This document shows positions 17,704 to 25,048 of a stretch of 43,905 bases of DNA, piece after piece (the stretch's first letter is position 1; each line of letters begins with the position of its first letter). A model generated the notes under the pieces. It was not told the origin of the DNA and made no database searches. It saw only the letters and a list, made by a program, of their open reading frames with translations. The DNA comes from Pseudomonadota bacterium (GTDB lineage: Bacteria > Desulfobacterota > Syntrophia > Syntrophales > UBA5619). A program made the translations under genes and the position numbers. The stretch covers positions 1 through 43,905 of the forward strand of contig JAHIMW010000115.1 in the NCBI GenBank assembly GCA_018896355.1. The letters run 5' to 3'.

Positions 17704-19089
17704 TCACTCCACCCCGTCCGGAGCGGCAACCCCCATCGCCCTTTCCAGCTTCGCCCGGCCGATGCTGTAATCTCCGAGGGCGTTGTCGTGATCCGCTTTT
17801 GCCTTTGTCAGAAGGGTCTGGGCGTCGATCACATCGGTCGAGGTCCCTACCTGCTCCCGGTATCGCTCGGTGTTGATCCGGAAATTTTCTTCGGCCTGTT
17901 CGGTCGCCTTTTTCGCCACATGGATCTGCGTTCCCGCCTCATGAAGGAGGATCCAGGCGTTCTTGACTTCCAAGGCGATCTGCTCCCGGATGTTGGTCAG
18001 GATGTCCGCCGTCTGGTTCTCCCGGCTGAGGCCGGCCTCCACACGGCTTTTGGTCTTTCCCCACTCCCAGAAATTCCAGTTTGCCACGGCCATGACGTAC
18101 CAGTTCTCCTGGTCCCGGTAGGGGCTCCCGGCGACACCCGGTGTGTCGCCGTACCTGGCGTAATTCCCGACCAGCCCGACGTTCGGGTAATATTCGCTTC
18201 GGGCCAGCTTGACCTGGTTCTTCGCCTGTTCCAGGCGGAACGTGTATGACCGGATCTCCGGACGGTTTTCCATGGCCGCGGCAATGCAGCCGTCGAGCGG
18301 CTTCGTAAAGGGCCGGTCATTCAGGGCGTCTTCGATCTCCACGGGGGCGTTGATCTCCCGCCTGAGGAGCGTGTTGAATTTCGATTTCGCCATTTCCAGG
18401 CTGTTTTCCGCCCGTACCAGAAACTGCCGACCGTTCGCCAGTTCAACTTCGGCGTAGAGAAGATCGTTCCTTGGAATGATACCGACGTCATAATACCCCT
18501 GGGCCGTATCCCGGTGGGCCGTCAACCGCTCGATGGACTGCCTGGCTACCGCATGGATACGGCCCGCCTTCAGGATATTGAAATAGGCGATCTTGACTTC
18601 TTGAACGAGATCCTGGACCGTCGCGGTCTCTTCCAAGCGGGCAATCTCGCTTCCCAGACGGCTCGCATCGTAGCTCGCAAGAATCCCTCCCCCGGCGAAG
18701 AGGGGCTGCCGCACCTCGACATTCCAGTTGTAGTTCTCCTTCGTCCCGGCCTGGTAGGTGCTGGGAGGAATCGTCACCGGGATCGGCGAGGGACCGGGAA
18801 AGGTAAAGGAACCGCCCGGAGATGTGACCGTAGGATCATCGTTGAGTCGCGTGTAGCTGTAGGAGGTGCTGAATTTCGGCAGAAAGCCGGTGAACGCCTC
18901 CTTCCGCTGCGCCTCAGCCCCCTTCACCCCTTCCCGAGCCGCATGGATGAGGACGCTCCGCTTCAGCGCGAGATCGATGCTTTCGGATAGCGACAGCGGC
19001 TTTACCGTTTCCGCCGCGTGAACGGCGGTCACCGTTGCGGCAATCAGCGTGACGAGGACTCCGCGGAGAAACCATCGTTTAGTGCCCAT
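17704..19089 (-). CDS. TolC-family outer membrane efflux protein (first of two)
   Basis: 461 aa with signal peptide MGTKRWFLRGVLVTLIAATVTAVHA and OEP repeats. Confidence 0.85.
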   Translation of the reverse strand: MGTKRWFLRGVLVTLIAATVTAVHAAETVKPLSLSESIDLALKRSVLIHAAREGVKGAEAQRKEAFTGFLPKFSTSYSYTRLNDDPTVTSPGGSFTFPGPSPIPVTIPPSTYQAGTKENYNWNVEVRQPLFAGGGILASYDASRLGSEIARLEETATVQDLVQEVKIAYFNILKAGRIHAVARQSIERLTAHRDTAQGYYDVGIIPRNDLLYAEVELANGRQFLVRAENSLEMAKSKFNTLLRREINAPVEIEDALNDRPFTKPLDGCIAAAMENRPEIRSYTFRLEQAKNQVKLARSEYYPNVGLVGNYARYGDTPGVAGSPYRDQENWYVMAVANWNFWEWGKTKSRVEAGLSRENQTADILTNIREQIALEVKNAWILLHEAGTQIHVAKKATEQAEENFRINTERYREQVGTSTDVIDAQTLLTKAKADHDNALGDYSIGRAKLERAMGVAAPDGVE

Positions 19090-19375
19090 TTTTTCTGACC
19101 CCCTCCAGTTTCATGGCGGTTGAGAGATCCTTGTACATGTTGTTCACGGAGAAATGGGGAGCGAAGTTGCGTTCGATCATCCGGGGCCCGCGAACCTCCA
19201 TGGCGCCGGTGCGGGCCCCGCCGACACTCGTTATCTCTATGACCTTCCCTGGATCGATACCCGCCTTTTTTGCCAGCACCAGGGCCGCCGCCACTTCGGC
19301 CGGAGATCCGGCCCATGCCGCACCGGCTTCGACCACTTCAGCCACCTTTTCGTTTGAAAGCATTAACGCTTGCAT
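19079..19375 (-). pseudogene. Fragment of a 3-hydroxyisobutyrate/6-phosphogluconate dehydrogenase-type gene (C-terminal domain only)
   Basis: 98 aa: ...AGSPAEVAAALVLAKKAGIDPGKVIEITSVGGARTGAMEVRGPRMIERNFAPHFSVNNMYKDLSTAMKL. There is no Rossmann N-domain upstream in any frame. The 3' end is cut short and overlaps the TolC start codon. Confidence 0.6.
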
Positions 19376-19500
19376 GTGGAGGCTAAAAGATATTCATACC
19401 GCAATCTTTTCATATCATGCAGGTAAAACCTTTGTGCAGGTCGCCACAATCGAGATAGCGATAATAATTTCTTAGACTTGCCGAGAGCAACCGAGGCCTT

Positions 19501-19806
19501 CTACTTCTTGAACACTTTAAAAAGCCTTTCAAGGACAGGTTTCTCGATCTTCGCCAAGGCATCGCACTCGCCCGCATCAAGCCACATTCCTCTGCAGGAT
19601 GAACATTCATCTATCTTTATGCCCTTGAAATCAATTTCTATAAGATCCGTCCCGCACTTAGGACATTTCATAAAGTGCAGTTCTCTCAGTTTCTCTCTTT
19701 GCTCGCTGGATGCCTGTTTCTTCCTCTGTTCCTCTCTCCGCTTCTGCATCTCCTGTTCTATTCGCACGAAATACTCTTCTTCACGTTCCGTCGGCTTTAC
19801 CGGCAT
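19501..19806 (-). CDS. zf-TFIIB-type zinc-ribbon protein
   Basis: 101 aa. A charged N-terminus is followed by CPKCGTDLIEIDFKGIKIDECSSCRGMWLDAGE. SD is GGGAGG. Confidence 0.75.
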   Translation of the reverse strand: MPVKPTEREEEYFVRIEQEMQKRREEQRKKQASSEQREKLRELHFMKCPKCGTDLIEIDFKGIKIDECSSCRGMWLDAGECDALAKIEKPVLERLFKVFKK

Positions 19807-19826
19807 AGAGACCTCCCGTCTTCGGA

Positions 19827-19859
19827 TTTAATCTCCCTTCCTCCGGAAAGGAGATTAAA
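19827..19859 (-). other. 10-bp perfect inverted repeat in the 5' leader of the zinc-ribbon gene
   Basis: TTTAATCTCC (19827-19836) / GGAGATTAAA (19850-19859) with a 13-nt loop, about 20 nt upstream of the start codon at 19806. Confidence 0.35.
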
Positions 19860-20545
19860 GTGCAACCAATGTATTCGTTCTGCTGAACTGACTGACAAGG
19901 CATTGCATTTTCTCAGCGGGAGTTTACGAAGAACGATCTTGTGTGTCAATGGAATAATGGGGGACCGCTCAATTTCTATTGACTTATGTTTCAATATGGT
20001 CATATCATTCGTAATAAATCAAGACAAATGAAAAACTGTTGATGTCCGGCCGAAGAAGCTGCCGTTCTTTAAGGTAGGGCTCTTCACACGGACGGGATCT
20101 TCACAGAGGCATCTATCTTTGCTTGTATCAGGGCTAAAGAGGCAGGCATCCCTGTAGTTGCAGACGGGGAACTCTTAGGGACGGAATGCTGGACATCGCC
20201 CGATTGAGTGACTGAAGAACCCAACATCCTCGCCTGATATCAACTGATCGACCACTCCCCTTTTATGATATTCTTTCTCATGGTTTACATCTACTACCTT
20301 CAAACAGCATTCAATGATCTGGGCCGATAAGCCGCCATGAACATTAGCGATTGGAAGTCTGGCTTATCCTGTCGCTGATACTCCGTATCGATAAAAGGAA
20401 GAAAGACTTTTTAGACAAGTACGCTTAACCCTAATGATCAATCGCATCATTTTTTACTTGACAGCGGCAACGTATTCAGTGTAGCGAGACGGAACTTTTT
20501 GGTGTTGATCGCCTTTTTGCATTGAACTTTTTTCTCGAGGGAAGC

Positions 20546-20899
20546 ATGATTGAATACATCCCCATCCTGATCTTGCTCTGCTTTGCCATTATGATTGCCG
20601 TTCTGATCGTCGGCGCTTCGCACCTTCTGGGTCACCGAATTTCACGAAAAACCAAACTTTCCACCTACGAGTGCGGGATGCAGACCATCGGCCCCACCCG
20701 GATGAAGATGAACATCCGCTATTACATCATCGCCATGCTGTTTCTGATCTTCGATATCGAAATTATGTTTCTCTACCCGTGGGCGCTGGTGACGGGGGGA
20801 CTCGGGATGTTCGGATTCGTCGAGATGCTGATTTTCGTTGCGATCCTGTTTGTCGGTTATCTCTATGTGTGGAAGAAAGGGGCCCTGGAATGGGAGTAG
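20546..20899 (+). CDS. nuoA: NADH-quinone oxidoreductase subunit A
   Basis: ATG at 20546 ([11 protein letters not shown]...). Motifs: YECGM, and [15 protein letters not shown]. Confidence 0.9.
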   Translation: MIEYIPILILLCFAIMIAVLIVGASHLLGHRISRKTKLSTYECGMQTIGPTRMKMNIRYYIIAMLFLIFDIEIMFLYPWALVTGGLGMFGFVEMLIFVAILFVGYLYVWKKGALEWE

Positions 20900-21384
20900 A
20901 AGCCGCGGCGACCGCCTCTTTGCAGGAAGTAATAAACTGGGCAAGAAAAAATTCCATATGGCCTGTAACCTTCGGCCTTGCCTGCTGCGCGTTGGAGATG
21001 ATGGTGGCAAGTTCGTCAACCTATGACATTGCCCGTTTCGGCTCGGAGGTGTTCCGGCCCTCTCCCCGCCAGACGGACCTGATGATCGTCGCCGGAACCG
21101 TGACCAGGAAAATGGCGCCCATGCTGAAGCGCATCTATGAGCAGATGCCCGAACCGAAATGGGTCATCGCCTACGGAGCCTGCGCATGCAGCGGCGGAAT
21201 TTTCCAGACCTACAATGTCGTCCAGGGCGTCGACCAGATCATCCCCGTGGATGTCTACGTGCCCGGCTGTCCACCCCGGCCCGAAGGTCTTCTGAAAGGG
21301 ATCATAACCCTTCAGGAGAAGATCGCCGCAGAACCGGCGGGACAACGAAACCTTGTCAGTTTGCCGTGGAGGAACAATGGCTAA
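20890..21384 (+). CDS. nuoB: NADH-quinone oxidoreductase subunit B
   Basis: ATG at 20890 overlaps the nuoA stop. N2-cluster ligands are present: [25 protein letters not shown]. Confidence 0.95.
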   Translation: MGVEAAATASLQEVINWARKNSIWPVTFGLACCALEMMVASSSTYDIARFGSEVFRPSPRQTDLMIVAGTVTRKMAPMLKRIYEQMPEPKWVIAYGACACSGGIFQTYNVVQGVDQIIPVDVYVPGCPPRPEGLLKGIITLQEKIAAEPAGQRNLVSLPWRNNG

Positions 21385-21874
21385 GTGCATGGCCGGTGAT
21401 CTGCTGAAGGAAAACTTCCCGGAGGCGGTGCGGGACTGCGAAGAGTTCAGAGGGGAGACCAGCATCACCGTTGATGCGGGCAGGCTCAGAGAGGTCATGA
21501 CTTTCATGAAGGAAGAAGAGAAGCTTTGTTACGATCTTCTCCTCGACCTTGCCGGCGTCGACTTCAATGACCGCTCTCCCCGCTTCATGATCGCTTATCT
21601 GTTGCACAGCACGAAATTCAACAACAAACTCCGGATCAAAACGACGGTGGCAGAAGGCGCTTCGCTCGATACGGTCAGCGATATCTGGCTGGCGGCGGAC
21701 TACATGGAGCGGGAAGTGTATGACATGTTCGGGATTATATTCAATAACCACCCGAATTTAAAACGTATTCTTCTTACCGATGATTTTGTCGGCCACCCGT
21801 TGAGAAAGGATTTCCCCGTCAAAGGAGCGGATTTCGATCAACCGCTTCAGGTTTGCTTAGAGGAAGAACAATAA
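21377..21874 (+). CDS. nuoC: NADH-quinone oxidoreductase subunit C
   Basis: ATG at 21377 overlaps the nuoB stop (ATGGCTAA), with GGAGGA upstream. The 30-kDa subunit motif is [22 protein letters not shown]. Confidence 0.9.
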   Translation: MAKCMAGDLLKENFPEAVRDCEEFRGETSITVDAGRLREVMTFMKEEEKLCYDLLLDLAGVDFNDRSPRFMIAYLLHSTKFNNKLRIKTTVAEGASLDTVSDIWLAADYMEREVYDMFGIIFNNHPNLKRILLTDDFVGHPLRKDFPVKGADFDQPLQVCLEEEQ

Positions 21875-21896
21875 CGTTTTGAGGGCAAAAGAATCG

Positions 21897-23072
21897 ATGG
21901 CTGAATCCCGCTACATGACGATCAATATGGGGCCGCAGCATCCCGCAACGCACGGCGTTCTGAGGCTGCTTCTGGAGCTTGACGGGGAGATCATCGTCAA
22001 GGCCGAGCCGCACATCGGTTATCTGCATCGGGGCATCGAAAAACTGGCCGAATCCATGACCTATCCCCAGGCCCTCACGCTGACGGACCGGCTTGACTAT
22101 ACAAGCGCCCTCTCCAACAATCTTGCCTACTGCCTTGCCGTGGAGAAACTGCTGGACATCAACATACCGAAGAGGGCCCAGTATCTGCGGGTTCTGATGG
22201 CCGAACTTCAGCGGATCGCCGCCCACCTTCTCTGGCTCGCGACGCATGCGCTCGATCTGGGGGCGATGACGCTGCTCTTCTACGCCTTCCGGGAAAGGGA
22301 AACCATCATGGAGATCCTGGAATTGGCGACCGGCGCAAGGCTGACGCCGAGCTTCATCCGGATCGGCGGCCTTGCGAGCGACATTCCCGACACCTTTCTG
22401 CCCCGTGTGAAGGCGTTTGTAGAGGATTTCCCCAAGCGGATGGATGATTACGAAACGCTGCTGACGGAAAACATCATCTGGAAGAAAAGGACGACGAACA
22501 TCGCGCCGATGTCCGCGGAGGAGTGCATTCAGTACGGCGTCACGGGGCCGGTGCTGAGGGCTTCCGGCGTTTCTTACGACGTCCGAAAGGCCTATCCCTA
22601 CTCGAGCTACGAAGATTTTGACTTTGAAATCCCGCTGGGCAGGAACGGGGATGTCTATGACCGGTATCTGGTGAGACTGATAGAAATGCGGCAGTCGAAC
22701 CGGATTGTAAAGCAGGCCGCGGAGAAGCTGCCCGGCGGTCCGTTCGCCGCTGTTGACGCCCCGCTGGTTGTGCCGCCGGCTAAGGAGGAGGTGGGCCGGG
22801 ACATTGCGGCGCTGATCCGCCATTTCAAGATCATGGAGGAGGGCTTCCGGCCGCCGTGCGGCGAGGTTTACGCCTCCGTCGAATCGTCGAAGGGGGAACT
22901 CGGTTTCTATCTGATCAGCGACGGGACCAACAAGCCCTTCCGGATGAGGATCAGACCACCCTCCTTCATCAATCTGGCCGCGTTGCCGAAGATGATCGAG
23001 GGACAGATGGTCGCCGATGTCGTTGCCGCCATCGGCAGTATCGACATCGTGTTGGGAGAGATCGACAGATAG
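21897..23072 (+). CDS. nuoD: NADH-quinone oxidoreductase subunit D
   Basis: Motifs: MTINMGPQHPATHGVLRL...PHIGYLHRGIEK...; C-terminus DIVLGEIDR. The start could also be the TTG at 21879. Confidence 0.95.
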   Translation: MAESRYMTINMGPQHPATHGVLRLLLELDGEIIVKAEPHIGYLHRGIEKLAESMTYPQALTLTDRLDYTSALSNNLAYCLAVEKLLDINIPKRAQYLRVLMAELQRIAAHLLWLATHALDLGAMTLLFYAFRERETIMEILELATGARLTPSFIRIGGLASDIPDTFLPRVKAFVEDFPKRMDDYETLLTENIIWKKRTTNIAPMSAEECIQYGVTGPVLRASGVSYDVRKAYPYSSYEDFDFEIPLGRNGDVYDRYLVRLIEMRQSNRIVKQAAEKLPGGPFAAVDAPLVVPPAKEEVGRDIAALIRHFKIMEEGFRPPCGEVYASVESSKGELGFYLISDGTNKPFRMRIRPPSFINLAALPKMIEGQMVADVVAAIGSIDIVLGEIDR

Positions 23073-23079
23073 GATCATT

Positions 23080-25038
23080 ATGACTGACATCATTTTCAGT
23101 TCCTGGCAGAACGAACGGTTTGACGGCAGGGAGGCCGCGGCGACGGACGACAAGTCTCCCGCGAAAGTGAAGCTGGCCGCCGAGTTCGGCCCCGGGGAGC
23201 GGATCAAGGCCTTTATGGGCTGGGACGGCATCGCGCTGCGCGATGACGACGTCGACATCGTCGACATGTGCGCAAAGTATGCGGAGGCGGTGCAGGGGGA
23301 ATCGTGCGGCAAGTGTTTCCCCTGCCGCGTCGGGACAAGGATCGTCGCCGACTGGCTAAAGAAGATCGCCGCCGGAGAGGGACAGAAAGAGTACCCGGGG
23401 AAAATCCGAGAACTGGCGCTCTCCATCCGCGACGGCTCCAAATGCGGGATCGGCCAGACGGGGATGACCCCCATCCTCCACGCTCTGCAACATTTCCCGC
23501 AGGCCTTTGCCGCCGCGATCACGGAACAGAAGAAGGCCGGAGAGGGCAACTACCGCTACTCCGTCACCGCCCCCTGCATCAGCGTCTGCCCCAGCAGCCT
23601 CGACATCCCCCGTTATGTGGAAGAGATCAGCGAACAGCGATTCGCCGATTCACTGGCGACTATCCGGCAGGCGGTCTGCATGGCCGGGACGCTGGGAAGG
23701 GTCTGCATCCGACCGTGCGAATCCAACTGCCGCCGGGCGAATATCGATGAAGCCGTCTCCATCAAATGGCTGAAGCGGTATGTCGCCGACTATGAGATAG
23801 AAAAGAACCGACATCCTGAGATCAGCGGCCGCCATCATAATAAAGAGAGCAAGAAGGTGGCGGTCATCGGCGCCGGTCCGGCCGGATTGTCTTGCGCCTA
23901 CTATCTGGCCCTGATGGGTTATCGGGTCACCATCTTTGAAAAACTGCCGGAGCCCGGCGGCATGGCCGCCGTGGGTATCCCCGATTACCGCCTGCCGCGG
24001 GCGATCCTCCGCAGCGAGGTGGCGATTGTAGAGGAGGCCGGTGTGGAGATCCGCTATGGCGTCGAGATCGGGAAGGATATCAAATTCGCCGACATCCGGA
24101 ATGATCATGACGCCGTCTTCATCGGCGTTGGCGCCCAAGGCAATTCGCCGATGGGGGTGGAGGGTGAAGAGAAGAACTACCGCGGTTTCATCTCCGGCGT
24201 CCAGTATCTTCTGGACATAAACCTGGGAAGAGATCCCTACCCGGAAGGGAAAAAGGTGGTGGTCGTCGGCGGCGGCAACGTCGCGATTGACTGCGTGCGC
24301 TCCTCCTTCCGTATCGGGAAACCGGATGTGAACCTCGTCTACCGACGGTCGAAGACGGAGATGCCCGCCGACCCGGTGGAGATCAAGGACGCCGAGGAGG
24401 AAAAGGTCAACTTCCACTACCTCTGCAATCCGACGAAAATACTCGAGAAAGACGGAAAGGTCGTCGGGGTCGAATGCATCCGCATGGAGCTGGGCGAACC
24501 GGATCAAAGCGGCCGAAGAAGGCCCGTGCCCGTACCCGGTTCGGAATTTGTCATTGAAACGGATATCCTGATCCCTGCCATCGGCCAGAAGGTGGATTAC
24601 TCCTTCCTGGAAGAGGCGGACGGCATCAAGCTGTCGAAATGGAAAACGGTTGATTCCGATGGAGAGACATTTGTCACCTCGCAGGCGGGGGTGTTCGCCT
24701 CCGGCGACTGCGTCACCGGTCCCGATGTGCTGGTCAGGGCAACGGGCAACGGCAAGAGGGCGGCGGAAAAGATCGACCTCTTCCTGACCGGCAACAAGGT
24801 GGAAGCCTCGATCGAGGAAAGATTCAGGACCCTTTTTTCCACCATCGGGGTCTACGACAAAGAGGAGCAGCTTGGCGTCATCGGCGGCCTCAGGCGGGCA
24901 CACCTGCCAATGCTCGACCCGGAAGAGCGGAAGCGGACCTTCGAGGAAGTGGAGGCAGGCTACAATGCCCCTGCGGCGATCGGTGAGGCGGCACGCTGTC
25001 TCCGTTGCTACAGGATCGGCATGATTGCACTGGGTTGA
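23080..25038 (+). CDS. Fusion flavoprotein: NuoF C-terminal 4Fe-4S domain + GltD/SfrB-like FAD/NAD(P)H oxidoreductase (occupies the nuoE/nuoF position)
   Basis: 652 aa from the ATG at 23080. N-domain: ESCGKCFPCRVGT...GSKCGIGQTG, the NuoF N3-cluster signature. No FMN/NADH-binding 51-kDa core is present. Then come GltD-type Cys clusters (CISVCPSSLDIP, RVCIRPCESNCRR) and two dinucleotide folds (VAVIGAGPAGLSCAYYL, VVVVGGGNVAIDCV). Confidence 0.85.
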   Translation: MTDIIFSSWQNERFDGREAAATDDKSPAKVKLAAEFGPGERIKAFMGWDGIALRDDDVDIVDMCAKYAEAVQGESCGKCFPCRVGTRIVADWLKKIAAGEGQKEYPGKIRELALSIRDGSKCGIGQTGMTPILHALQHFPQAFAAAITEQKKAGEGNYRYSVTAPCISVCPSSLDIPRYVEEISEQRFADSLATIRQAVCMAGTLGRVCIRPCESNCRRANIDEAVSIKWLKRYVADYEIEKNRHPEISGRHHNKESKKVAVIGAGPAGLSCAYYLALMGYRVTIFEKLPEPGGMAAVGIPDYRLPRAILRSEVAIVEEAGVEIRYGVEIGKDIKFADIRNDHDAVFIGVGAQGNSPMGVEGEEKNYRGFISGVQYLLDINLGRDPYPEGKKVVVVGGGNVAIDCVRSSFRIGKPDVNLVYRRSKTEMPADPVEIKDAEEEKVNFHYLCNPTKILEKDGKVVGVECIRMELGEPDQSGRRRPVPVPGSEFVIETDILIPAIGQKVDYSFLEEADGIKLSKWKTVDSDGETFVTSQAGVFASGDCVTGPDVLVRATGNGKRAAEKIDLFLTGNKVEASIEERFRTLFSTIGVYDKEEQLGVIGGLRRAHLPMLDPEERKRTFEEVEAGYNAPAAIGEAARCLRCYRIGMIALG

Positions 25039-25048
25039 ACGGTAAATA

